From Candidatus Kuenenia stuttgartensis (lineage in GTDB: Bacteria; Planctomycetota; Planctomycetia; Pirellulales; UBA1268), in assembly GCA_945897435.1 (NCBI GenBank), contig CAMDFJ010000005.1, forward strand, positions 1,781-65,780: a DNA stretch of 64,000 nucleotides, in the 5' to 3' direction. Each line of letters begins with the position of its first letter. Within the stretch, counting starts at the first letter, position 1. Shown piece by piece: positions 18,966 to 27,662 of the stretch. A model generated the notes under the pieces. The model searched no databases. It saw only the letters and a program-made list of their open reading frames with translations, and was not told where the DNA came from. The position numbers and the translations under genes were made by a program.

Positions 18966-19047
18966 CAGGCCCGGAGGGCCGGGTGATCACCAGCGACCGG
19001 AGGTCGCCAAGCAAACAACGGCAGGATGCCGTGTGTTTGCGTGAAAC
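18966..19047. repeat. 82-nt repeat unit, copy 2
   Basis: Identical to 18774-18855. It ends on the first base of the stop codon (19047-19049) of the convergent 19047..19532 gene. Confidence 0.97.
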
Positions 19048-19532
19048 TAGACGACGTCGGGAACGACGAAAGACAGGTCTCGGGTGAAGGCGTCGTCGAA
19101 ATCGTAGACGCCGTGGAAGTCTTCCCGCCTGTCCTTGCGGGTCTTCCGCATCTGGCCGATCTCGATCATGTTGAACACAATCTCGCCGAGGTCGGCCGTG
19201 CTTCGCACGCCCCAGGCCCCGAGCACCGTCCGGGCCATGTAGCCGTACTGCTGGAGGGCATACTGTCTCGCGGCTTCGCAGAGTTGCTGGCCCGTGAGAT
19301 GACGCTCCGCCTGCCGTTTGCGGGCTCGACCCGCCCGGGGACGGGGCTTGGCATCGGGGTCCTGCCCGCCTCGAGCGGGCTCCAGGTCCTCAGCTGCAGG
19401 CTCCTCGCCCATTCCGAGGGAATCCTGTGCGTACTGCAGCGATTCGAGGATGAACAGGTAGGCGTCGAGTTTGTAGCGCACGTCCCTGCGCAGTAACTGG
19501 GCGAGGGGATGGTTCGGTTCCACCGTCGGCAT
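19047..19532 (-). CDS. Conserved hypothetical protein (from memory resembles the Planctomycetes/Verrucomicrobia Minf_1886 family, TIGR04138)
   Basis: 161 aa from ATG 19532 (the track ORF starts at GTG 19568). Conserved-looking blocks are YKLDAYLFILESLQYAQ, RHLTGQQLCEAARQYALQQYGYMARTVLGAWGV and DLGEIVFNMIEIGQM. The family assignment is unverified. Confidence 0.6.
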   Translation of the reverse strand: MPTVEPNHPLAQLLRRDVRYKLDAYLFILESLQYAQDSLGMGEEPAAEDLEPARGGQDPDAKPRPRAGRARKRQAERHLTGQQLCEAARQYALQQYGYMARTVLGAWGVRSTADLGEIVFNMIEIGQMRKTRKDRREDFHGVYDFDDAFTRDLSFVVPDVV

Positions 19533-19610
19533 GGGCTCCTCTGATCGGCTGATCGCTCGGCTGGACACCGACGACTCGGGAGCCGCAGTATACCCGACCC
19601 AGGGCGGCTG

Positions 19611-20555
19611 TCAGCCTGCCCGAGGCAACGCGGCGGGGGCCGCAGGCTGACGGGGCTGCGGCTGAGGCGCCCCGCCCTGTCCATCTTCGAGAATAAACGT
19701 GTAGCCCAGCGGGGTCACCGGCTTTGAAAAATCGCGGATCATGTCGAGCCCCTTGTCGATCAGGCTCGTCCGCGGATCGAACTGATAGACATCGCGATCC
19801 TGACCGCCGGGCTTGTAGATCTGCATGGCGAACGGCATCAGGTCTCGAGACTGCAGGATCAATTCGACCTTGGAGAAGTTCGCCGCGTCGGCCTGGAGCC
19901 GCGGCGTGGCCTCCAGCCAGATCTGGTCGGCGACACCGGGCGGAGTGATGATCCGCATCGAGTATCGCTTCTTGAGCGTCTCAGACCTGGCGCCGAAGAC
20001 GAAGGGGAGCGGACCGTCGCTGATCGCCTTGCCGCGGAGTTCAGGGGGCAGTTTCGTCTCCCGCAGTTGCCGCTCCGTGTGCCTGAATTCGTAGATGCTC
20101 GTGCCGTTGCAGACCCAGTGCTCGCCAGACTCCCCAACCCTCGGTTCATAGCGGCGGGTCTCGCCGTTCCACTGCTTCGAATCCTTGACCCGAAACAGCC
20201 CCTTGTCGGGGGAGGCATATTTGATTTCGCCGGCGCTCTCCGAAAAGGCCAGTCGCTCGCCTCCCGAGTCAGCCGGACTCCAGGCGTTGTATTCCCACTT
20301 GTAGAAGCCGCAGGACCAGGTCGTGACGGCGGCATTGCGGGCCTCCCAGGCCGCGAGCAGGCGGTCGAGGGCCGCCTGCTGTTCCGGGCTGAGTGGCTGC
20401 GGTGCCTGGGGAGCAACCGTCTGGCCCGGGCGTGGCTGCAGGTTCTGCGATTGCTGGGCACCGGCGACGCCTGGCAGCAGGAAGGCGACGATCGCGAGGC
20501 CGAGGCATGCGATCCACGGTCTGCCAGGTTTCTGCGGAAAGGTCGGGACTGGCAC
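19611..20555 (-). CDS. Secreted hypothetical protein (possibly the planctomycete TIGR03009 / LolA-like domain)
   Basis: 314 aa with a GTG start and signal peptide PWIACLGLAIVAFLLPGVAGAQQ. The mature part is W/Y/K-rich (TWSCGFYKWEYNAWSP...GEIKYASPDKGLFRVKD). The family call is tentative. Confidence 0.55.
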   Translation of the reverse strand: MPVPTFPQKPGRPWIACLGLAIVAFLLPGVAGAQQSQNLQPRPGQTVAPQAPQPLSPEQQAALDRLLAAWEARNAAVTTWSCGFYKWEYNAWSPADSGGERLAFSESAGEIKYASPDKGLFRVKDSKQWNGETRRYEPRVGESGEHWVCNGTSIYEFRHTERQLRETKLPPELRGKAISDGPLPFVFGARSETLKKRYSMRIITPPGVADQIWLEATPRLQADAANFSKVELILQSRDLMPFAMQIYKPGGQDRDVYQFDPRTSLIDKGLDMIRDFSKPVTPLGYTFILEDGQGGAPQPQPRQPAAPAALPRAG

Positions 20556-20704
20556 GGCGGGGGCTCCGGAAAGGTGGGGGGAACGGTAGCACCCGTCGGG
20601 TCCCGGGGCGAGGCCGGTTTACGGCCGGCAGACGTCCGGGAGCGAATGCGGCTGGATCCCGATCAGGATCGCGGACAGGGTCGGAAACGGGATCGAACTC
20701 TGGA

Positions 20705-22732
20705 TCAGAGGCCGGCCGCGAGGCGAAGTTCGGCGAGTTCGCGGGAAAATCCCGCCGAGAGAATCGGGAACCGGCACCAGGTCTTGGGGTCGAGGTTCTC
20801 GTCATCGAGATGAAACGAGGGCGCATATCGCTCCCGCTTCCACTGGTTGCGGCTCCAGAGCGTGAAGAACCGCTCGATCCAGATCGCCAACTGCCGGGCA
20901 TCGCCCTCCGGCCGGGCATGCCGCAGCCGCTGCCAGACCTCGAGCGGTGTCTGCTTGTCGCGGATCGCATACCGCTCGATCTGATCGAGCAGCTCATAGG
21001 GCATCAGATCCCCCTCGTCGGTCTGCCCGGCCGCGCCGGGCCGGAGTTCGGCCGTCGGCGTCTGGGCGTTGACCGCGGCGAGAGCCGGGATCGGGCCGAT
21101 TCCATCGGGCCCCAGTCGCTCGAGCCAGACGAGCCAGCGGCGCAGGTAGGCCTTGTCGATGCCCGCGATCGGCGCAAGACCGCCGCATGTGTCGCCATCC
21201 ATCGTCGCATAGCCCACCGCCGCCTCGGAACGGTTGCTGGTGGAGAGAAGCAGGGCATTGCGGATGTTCGCCAGCATCCAGATGCCGGGGGCGCGGGCGC
21301 GGGCCTGGATGTTCTGGAGAGAGACATCGTCCCGGCTCCAGTCGAGCGGCCGCCCGACCGCGCGGGACACGATCGCCGTGTAGTCGCGAACGAGGGATTC
21401 GACATCGAAGGCGTGAAACTCCGCCCCGAGCGCGGCGGCCAGTTCCTCCGCCGCCCGGCGGGTGACCGGACCGGAGTTCGCCGTGGACTGATAGACGCAG
21501 GTCAGAAGCGATCCGATGAGCTGGCGGACGGCCGCCTCCTCGTCGGGGAGATCCTCCGCCGCCTCGACGCAGGCGGCGACTCCCAGTCGCCTCGCGACGG
21601 CACTCGGCGGCATCTCGAGGGCGGCGAACCGGACAGCGAGAGCCGCCAGACAGGCGACGGCCGAGGAGTCGGCGCCTCCGCTGGCCGAAACGACGAAGCC
21701 CCGCGAGCGGCTCTTGCGCATGACGTCAAACAGGCCGAGGGCCACGGCACGGGTGAACTCCTCCTCCTTGACGCTCGCTCCCTGCTCCCAGGCGTCCCGA
21801 CCCGGAGACGAGTTCCGGCCTCGAGCGTGATCGGGCCGATCGAGGTCGTCCCGCGGCGGCGTGAACTCGATCGTGACCTGATCCTCTCCGGCGTTGGCAG
21901 CCGGTTCGACCGCGAGCCTGGCCTGGGCGAGGCGGGTGGCATCGAGATCGACGCTGGCCGTGGTGCAGACCGAGTCCTGAAATGAAAACCGTCTGCCCTC
22001 GGCCACCATCGTTCCCGCCGAGGCGATCAGAACCCCGCCGTCATAGATCGCCCGGCCGGCCTCGTTGCCCAGCAGGTTTGCGTAGACGTAGGTCACACCG
22101 TAGGCCCGCGATCCCTCGAGCACGAACCGGCGGCGAATCTGATCCTTGCCGAAGGCAAAGTGGCTGGCCGAGGGATTGAGAATCAGGTCGATGCCCCGAG
22201 CGGCGAGCCTTGCCCCGGGCCGGTCGGCCACCCAGGCGTCCTCGCAGATCTCAAAACCGATCCGCACACCGCCACAATCGAATCGCAGGTCGCCGAGGGG
22301 AACCTGCCGCCCCGCCATGGCCAGCAGGCCGCGACGGCCACGGGGCCAAGGACGAAACCATCGCGGCTCGTAGTGGATCCCCTCGCCCGCCAGGTGCTGC
22401 TTGCAGGCGAGCCCGGCGAGCCGGCCGTCGACGAGCAGCGCAGCCGCGTTGTAGAGGCCGCTCTCGTGCCAGACCGGCAGTCCGACCGCAACGATCATTC
22501 CCGAGGAGTGCGGCTCGATCTCCTCGAGCACGCGAATCGCCATCCGCTGAACACCCGGACTCTGAAAGGCATCCTCGCATCCGTAGCCGCTGATGCACAG
22601 TTCCGGGAGGCAGACGATGGAGACCCGACGCCGCCGGGCTTCCGCGATGGCGGCCAGGATCCGATCGCGGTTGCCGTCCCAGTCGAGCGGTGTTTGATTG
22701 AGCGTGATCCCGCCGACGGTGATCAGGTGCAT
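20705..22732 (-). CDS. nadE: Glutamine-dependent NAD+ synthetase (CN-hydrolase + synthetase domains)
   Basis: 675 aa. N-terminal nitrilase-type domain (VCLPELCISGY, FEICEDAW) and PP-loop SGGADSSAVA in the C-terminal half. Confidence 0.9.
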   Translation of the reverse strand: MHLITVGGITLNQTPLDWDGNRDRILAAIAEARRRRVSIVCLPELCISGYGCEDAFQSPGVQRMAIRVLEEIEPHSSGMIVAVGLPVWHESGLYNAAALLVDGRLAGLACKQHLAGEGIHYEPRWFRPWPRGRRGLLAMAGRQVPLGDLRFDCGGVRIGFEICEDAWVADRPGARLAARGIDLILNPSASHFAFGKDQIRRRFVLEGSRAYGVTYVYANLLGNEAGRAIYDGGVLIASAGTMVAEGRRFSFQDSVCTTASVDLDATRLAQARLAVEPAANAGEDQVTIEFTPPRDDLDRPDHARGRNSSPGRDAWEQGASVKEEEFTRAVALGLFDVMRKSRSRGFVVSASGGADSSAVACLAALAVRFAALEMPPSAVARRLGVAACVEAAEDLPDEEAAVRQLIGSLLTCVYQSTANSGPVTRRAAEELAAALGAEFHAFDVESLVRDYTAIVSRAVGRPLDWSRDDVSLQNIQARARAPGIWMLANIRNALLLSTSNRSEAAVGYATMDGDTCGGLAPIAGIDKAYLRRWLVWLERLGPDGIGPIPALAAVNAQTPTAELRPGAAGQTDEGDLMPYELLDQIERYAIRDKQTPLEVWQRLRHARPEGDARQLAIWIERFFTLWSRNQWKRERYAPSFHLDDENLDPKTWCRFPILSAGFSRELAELRLAAGL

Positions 22733-22778
22733 GACTCGATGCTTCCGCTGCGGCTGCGCTGGATTTCACCCTGCGGGA

Positions 22779-24701
22779 TCAACGCTGTGTCGGCTCTTCG
22801 AGGTAGGTGTAGCCGCCAAGCCCCTCCTCGTAGAATCTGAGAAAACGACCGGCCTGTTCGTCGCAGATACGGCCGTCGCGAACAGCCTGTTCGATCGACT
22901 CCCTGAGCCGGTTGACGAGCTGGTTGGAATCGAATTCGACGTAGTCGAGCACCTCGCGGACGGTATCCCCCTTGATCACGGCGTCGAGCACCACCTCGCC
23001 ACGGGCGTCGGTGCTGACGTGAACCGCATTGGTGTCGCCATAGAGATTGTGCAGGTCGCCGAGGATCTCCTGATAGGCACCGATCAGGAACGCGCCCAGG
23101 TAGTAGGGCTCGTTCTGCCAGGCGTGCAGGGGCAGCGTCCGCTTCACATCGCGACGGTCGATGAACTGGTCGATCTTGCCGTCGGAATCGCAGGTGATGT
23201 CGCCGAGCACGGCGGCACGCGTGGGCCGCTCGTTGAGCCGATGGATCGGCATCACCGGAAAGAGCTGCTTGATCGCCCAGCTGTCCGGGATCGACTGGAA
23301 GAGCGAGAAGTTGCAGAAGTAGGTGTCGGAAAGCATGGCCTCCAGTCCCTCGAGTTCCTCGGGGATGAACTCCAGCTGTTTCGAGAGCTTGCAGATCTTC
23401 CGACAGATCGACCAGTAGAGGTTTTCGACGGCCGACCGCTGATCGAGCGGCAGGTAGCCGCTGGAGAACAGACTCATGGCGGTGTCGAGTGACTGCTGGG
23501 CGTCGTGATAGCTCTCGAGCAGGTTCCGGATGTTGATGTTCTGGGAACTCTCGAAGAGGTCGTGGAGTGGCTGCTCGGCCTCCTCGGGCGGCTGGCGGAG
23601 TTCCCCGTTGCCCCCCTGCTCCGACACTCCCAGCACGCCGAAGATCAGCATGCTGTGGTATGCGACCACCGCCCGGCCGCTCTCCGAGACGATCGTCGGA
23701 TGGGGCACACCCGCCTCGTCGCAGGCGTTTTGGACGTGATAGACGACGTCGTTGGCATACTCCTGCAGGCTGTAATTGACGCTCGACTCGAAGTTGGTCT
23801 GCGAACCGTCGTAATCGACGCCCAGCCCGCCGCCGACGTCGAGATAGCGGAGGCCGGCCCCGCGTTTCACCAGTTCGGTGTACATCCGCGAGGCCTCGTT
23901 GAGAGCCCCCTTGATATGGCGGATGTTGGTGATCTGGCTGCCCTGATGGAAGTGAAGCAGTTGGAGGCAATCCTCCATACCCCTCGAGGCGAGCAGCTCG
24001 AGTCCCTTGAGGAGTTCGCCGGCCGTGAGGCCGAACTTGCTGCGAAACCCTCCCGACGCCTGCCAGCGGCCGCTGCCGCGGGTGGCGAGTTTGACCCGCA
24101 TCCCGATCCGCGGCCTGACGCCGAGCTTCTCGGCATATTCGAGGATCAGGTGCAGTTCCGAGAACCGCTCCACCACCGGGATCACGTGCCGGCCGATCTT
24201 CTGGGCCAGCATCGCCGTCTCGATGAACTCGGCGTCCTTGAACCCGTTGCAGATGATCGGTGTCTCGTTGTCTGCCAGGGCGATCACGGCAAGCAGTTCC
24301 GGCTTGCTGCCCGCCTCCAGACCGAAGCGGTAGGGCTTGCCAAACTGCAGCACCTCCTCGACCACCTGCCGTTGCTGGTTCACCTTGACCGGATACACGC
24401 AGCAGTATTCGCCGCGGTAGCCGTTTTCCCGCATCGCGGTGGCGAACACGCCGTGGATCTCGCCAAGCCGGTGCTGGAGAATCTCGCCAAACCGCAGCAG
24501 GATCGGCAGGTCGATGCCGCGAACCTGCAGTCGGTCGACGAGCGACTTGAGGTCGATGCTCTTGGTCGGATTCTTGTCGGGATGCACCAGCAGATTGCCG
24601 TTCGGCCCGACCGAAAAATAGCCGTTGCCCCAACGCGCGACCTCGTAGAGCTCGGCAGCGTCAGCGGGACTCCAGTGCTCGACATCGAGATCGACTGCCA
24701 T
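22779..24701 (-). CDS. speA: Biosynthetic arginine decarboxylase
   Basis: Collinear with SpeA motifs as I remember them: WGNGYF, YPVKVNQQRQVVEE, LEAGSKPEL, GFRSKFGL, LLHFHQGSQI, DVGGGLGVDY, ESGRAVVAYH. The track ORF extends to 24932, but that extension overlaps the MATE gene. ATG 24701 (MAVDLDVEHWSP) gives 640 aa. Confidence 0.93.
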   Translation of the reverse strand: MAVDLDVEHWSPADAAELYEVARWGNGYFSVGPNGNLLVHPDKNPTKSIDLKSLVDRLQVRGIDLPILLRFGEILQHRLGEIHGVFATAMRENGYRGEYCCVYPVKVNQQRQVVEEVLQFGKPYRFGLEAGSKPELLAVIALADNETPIICNGFKDAEFIETAMLAQKIGRHVIPVVERFSELHLILEYAEKLGVRPRIGMRVKLATRGSGRWQASGGFRSKFGLTAGELLKGLELLASRGMEDCLQLLHFHQGSQITNIRHIKGALNEASRMYTELVKRGAGLRYLDVGGGLGVDYDGSQTNFESSVNYSLQEYANDVVYHVQNACDEAGVPHPTIVSESGRAVVAYHSMLIFGVLGVSEQGGNGELRQPPEEAEQPLHDLFESSQNINIRNLLESYHDAQQSLDTAMSLFSSGYLPLDQRSAVENLYWSICRKICKLSKQLEFIPEELEGLEAMLSDTYFCNFSLFQSIPDSWAIKQLFPVMPIHRLNERPTRAAVLGDITCDSDGKIDQFIDRRDVKRTLPLHAWQNEPYYLGAFLIGAYQEILGDLHNLYGDTNAVHVSTDARGEVVLDAVIKGDTVREVLDYVEFDSNQLVNRLRESIEQAVRDGRICDEQAGRFLRFYEEGLGGYTYLEEPTQR

Positions 24702-24823
24702 CGATGATTCCGGTGTGGGTGGACCGAAGAACAGGAGGTCGACGAGGGGAACAAATCCGCCGTGTTGCCTCGAGGTGAGTGTAGCGTGATCCGCCGTCGG
24801 GGCCATGCCGACCCGGACAGACT

Positions 24824-26239
24824 TCAGACGACAGTGCGCGACCAGCGGCCTTGTCTGAAAATCAGGAGCATGGCGAGCCCCCGCAGACTGAGATCGGCGG
24901 CCATCGCATACCAGGCCCCGACCGCCCCCCATCCGAGACCTGGAATCACGATCGCTCCGCCCGCGAGCGAGAGTGGCGGCCAGGCGAGCCCGATCGCCAG
25001 CGGCAGCCGCACGAGCAGCAGCCCGAGAAAATTGACGATCAGCGGCAGCCGGGTGGCACCCGCACCGCGGAGGCCGCCGGAAAGCACCATCAACAGGGCC
25101 AGGGGTGGCTGGACGAAGGCCACGATCCGGACCAGTCGGGCGGTCAGTGCCGCCACTTCCGGCTGACGGTCGGCGCCGCCGACGAACCAGCCCGCCAGCC
25201 GATCGGCCTGCCCGAGAAAGGCGAGTCCTGCGACCGACATCAGGAGAACACAGGCCGTGGCAGACAGCCAGACACTTCGCCTCGCCCGGGGTTCATCCTG
25301 AGCACCGAGAAACTGGCCTGCCAGCGTGGCGGCAGCGACCTGGAAGGCGCTGCCGGGCAGATAGGCGAGCGACTCGATCGTGATCGCCACCGAATGGGCC
25401 GCGGCATCGACGTTGCCGAGCCGATTGACAATCGAGAGAAATCCCAGATGACAGGCCGCATTGGCGATGGCGTCGACTCCCGCAGGAAGGCCGACGTGGA
25501 GGATCCTGCGGAGCATCGCCGGGTCGGGACGGGCGTCAACGACCGCGAACCCCAGCCGGCGGACCAGCAGCGTTGCCACAGATACCGCCCCGAGGCAATA
25601 GCCGGCCAGCGTCCCCCAGGCGAGCCCCTCCCAGCCGAGCGCCGGCAGACCGCAGACACCGGTGGCAAGGCCATAGCTCGCCGCGGCGTTCACGATGTTC
25701 ACGACCGTCATCGAGGCCATCCCGGAGACCATGTCTCCGCTGCCCCGGAGCACGGCGACACCGACATGCACGAGCATGATCGCAGGCAGACCCGGCAGGA
25801 CGATCCCCAGATACGAACGGGCGTGGGCAGAACTCTCCTCCGGAAGCCCGAAGGCCGCCAGCAGTGGCTCAGCGAGGATCGAAACGACCGCCAGCAATCC
25901 GCCTGCCGCGAGGACGCCGAGGAGCAGAGCCTGGGACGCGGCCGATCTGGCACCGCCCGTGTCGCCCGCACCGGTGCTCCGGGCGACGAGTGCGGTTGCC
26001 GCGATCGCGGGGACGGCGAAGAGTCCGGGCAGAAAGGCCAGACAGTAGGCCACGAGGCCGACCGCCGCCAGATACTCGGGCCCTTCGAGCAGATTTCCCG
26101 CCAGCCATTTGTCGGTGAATCCCACCGAGAGGGCCAGCAGTTGCTCCACGAGCACGGGCAGGACGAGGCGGCCGACCGTCAGCGACAGGCCAGGACCCGA
26201 CTGCCGGGCGGGTGGCTTCGGCCTGCCCTGAACGTTCAC
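24824..26239 (-). CDS. MATE family efflux transporter
   Basis: 12-TM profile with a typical MATE N-terminus (LVLPVLVEQLLALSVGFTDKWLAGNL). The track ORF to 26503 would overlap the upstream gene. GTG 26239 (VNVQGRPKPP) gives 471 aa. Confidence 0.8.
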   Translation of the reverse strand: MNVQGRPKPPARQSGPGLSLTVGRLVLPVLVEQLLALSVGFTDKWLAGNLLEGPEYLAAVGLVAYCLAFLPGLFAVPAIAATALVARSTGAGDTGGARSAASQALLLGVLAAGGLLAVVSILAEPLLAAFGLPEESSAHARSYLGIVLPGLPAIMLVHVGVAVLRGSGDMVSGMASMTVVNIVNAAASYGLATGVCGLPALGWEGLAWGTLAGYCLGAVSVATLLVRRLGFAVVDARPDPAMLRRILHVGLPAGVDAIANAACHLGFLSIVNRLGNVDAAAHSVAITIESLAYLPGSAFQVAAATLAGQFLGAQDEPRARRSVWLSATACVLLMSVAGLAFLGQADRLAGWFVGGADRQPEVAALTARLVRIVAFVQPPLALLMVLSGGLRGAGATRLPLIVNFLGLLLVRLPLAIGLAWPPLSLAGGAIVIPGLGWGAVGAWYAMAADLSLRGLAMLLIFRQGRWSRTVV

Positions 26240-26277
26240 CGGAACTGCTTCGGCAGCCGTCCGACCAGCCGCCGGAA

Positions 26278-27546
26278 TCAGCTGAACAGCTCCCTGATCA
26301 CCCTTCCCGAGTTGGCAATCTTCATCGGCCGGCCATTTTTCGCGGTGAACGTGGTTTCGAGCGAGACCCCCAGCGACGCGAGCACGCTGGCCATCACATC
26401 CTGGGAGGAATAAGGCTCGCTCACGACCTCCTTGCCATCGGAACTCGTCTCGCCGACGACCACGCCCCGCTTGAACCCACCGCCGCCGACGACCACGCTC
26501 CAACTCCGGGCCCAGTGGTCACGGCCGCCATTGCCGTTGATGTTTGGCGTCCGACTGAACTCGCCCATCCAGATGATCGCAGTGTCGTCGAGCAGGCCAC
26601 GATCGGCGAGGTCGGAGATCAGTGCGCTCATCGCCTTGTCGAGTTCGGGCAGCTTCTGATTCTGCAGCGTCGGAAAGATGCCGGCGTGATTGTCCCAGCC
26701 GCCGAGATCGACCTCGACGAAAGGCACCCCAGCCTCGACGAGCCGCCGGGCCATCAGGCAGCCGCGGCCAAACCCGGTGGCGCCATACCGCTCCCGCACC
26801 GCCTCCGGCTCCTTCATCAGCTTGAAGGCTTCCATCTGCCTGCTGGTCATGAGCTTCACGGTCTTGTCGAGAACCTTCGCATGATCCTCGGCCGAGCCGC
26901 CCCGCTTTTCACCGATGAACTTCTTCTCGATCGTGGCCAGCATATCGAGTCGCTGCGCCATCCGGACCGGATCGATGCCACCGTCGAGGTTGCGGACGTT
27001 GCCGTTGGAATCGACGACGAACGGGGCCCATGTCATGCCGAGAAAGCCGGGGCCCACACTGCCGCCACCGACCGACACGAAGGGCGGAATCTCCAGTTCC
27101 GGCACCTGCTCGGCGAGTTCGTGGGCGATCACAGCGCCATAACTGGGGTGTTCGACGTTTGGATTGGGAACGTATCCGGTATGCATGTAGTAGCGGCCCC
27201 GCATGTGATCGGCCTCGCGGGTGCTCATCGACCTCACGATCGACATGTGGTGCATCTGCTTGGCCATCGAAGGCATGTGCTCACAGATGGCGATCCCATC
27301 GGCACTCGTCGAGATCTGCTTGAACGGCCCTCCGGTCGCCGAACCGGGCTTCAGATCCCAGATATCCATCGTGCTCGGACCGCCCCCCATCCAGAGCAGG
27401 ATCGCCGACTTGTGCCGCTTCTTGATGTCGGCGGCGTTTGCGAGCAGCGAGTTGGTGAACGCCGTCGCCGGTGCCGCCAGGGCAGCCGCTCCAGCGAGAT
27501 GGCTGATGAAGTGACGGCGATTCATGTCGGCGGGCGTCTGAAACAT
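26278..27546 (-). CDS. DUF1501 domain protein (sulfatase-fold, Tat signal)
   Basis: Twin-arginine leader MNRRHFISHLAGAAALAAPATAF, then ILLWMGGGPSTMDIWDLKPG...GRDHW. Partner of the upstream DUF1549/DUF1553 gene. The start could be 27597, 27546 or 27525. Confidence 0.8.
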   Translation of the reverse strand: MFQTPADMNRRHFISHLAGAAALAAPATAFTNSLLANAADIKKRHKSAILLWMGGGPSTMDIWDLKPGSATGGPFKQISTSADGIAICEHMPSMAKQMHHMSIVRSMSTREADHMRGRYYMHTGYVPNPNVEHPSYGAVIAHELAEQVPELEIPPFVSVGGGSVGPGFLGMTWAPFVVDSNGNVRNLDGGIDPVRMAQRLDMLATIEKKFIGEKRGGSAEDHAKVLDKTVKLMTSRQMEAFKLMKEPEAVRERYGATGFGRGCLMARRLVEAGVPFVEVDLGGWDNHAGIFPTLQNQKLPELDKAMSALISDLADRGLLDDTAIIWMGEFSRTPNINGNGGRDHWARSWSVVVGGGGFKRGVVVGETSSDGKEVVSEPYSSQDVMASVLASLGVSLETTFTAKNGRPMKIANSGRVIRELFS

Positions 27547-27626
27547 GACACGTTCCTCTGTGATGCGTGCAGTTCTTTCGAAGCCTACTCGGGCCATGGG
27601 GGCCGGTCAGGCATCTGTCTTCAAAG

Positions 27627-27655
27627 CCTGCTCGGGCCATGGATGGCCGAGCAGG
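27627..27655 (-). other. Strong intercistronic hairpin between the DUF1553 and DUF1501 genes
   Basis: CCTGCTCGG(G)CC-ATGGAT-GGCCGAGCAGG forms 11 bp with one bulge, 8 nt after the DUF1553 stop. No clear U-tract follows. Confidence 0.45.
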
Positions 27656-27662
27656 CGTATAG

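Larger units (their letters stand above)
18774..19047 (+). ncRNA. Candidate GGA-hairpin regulatory RNA (CsrA/RsmA-sponge-like). Strand and ends not established
   Basis: Six perfect stems have GGA at the apex on the + strand, and two weaker ones lie in the spacer. No promoter or terminator is recognisable, and both flanking genes are on the minus strand. Confidence 0.3.

Noticed and set aside
18774-19047. CRISPR array interpretation of the two repeats
   Set aside because: There are only two copies, the repeat length of 82 nt is far above CRISPR repeat size, the single spacer is 110 nt, and there are no cas genes in the window.
22723-24633. 636-aa minus-strand ORF overlapping speA in another frame
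   Set aside because: The speA frame aligns motif by motif with arginine decarboxylase. This alternative frame is an R/P/G-rich shadow.
24702-24932. N-terminal 77-codon extension of the speA track ORF
   Set aside because: The extension overlaps the 3' end of the MATE gene and has no counterpart in SpeA. The conserved N-terminus begins right after ATG 24701.
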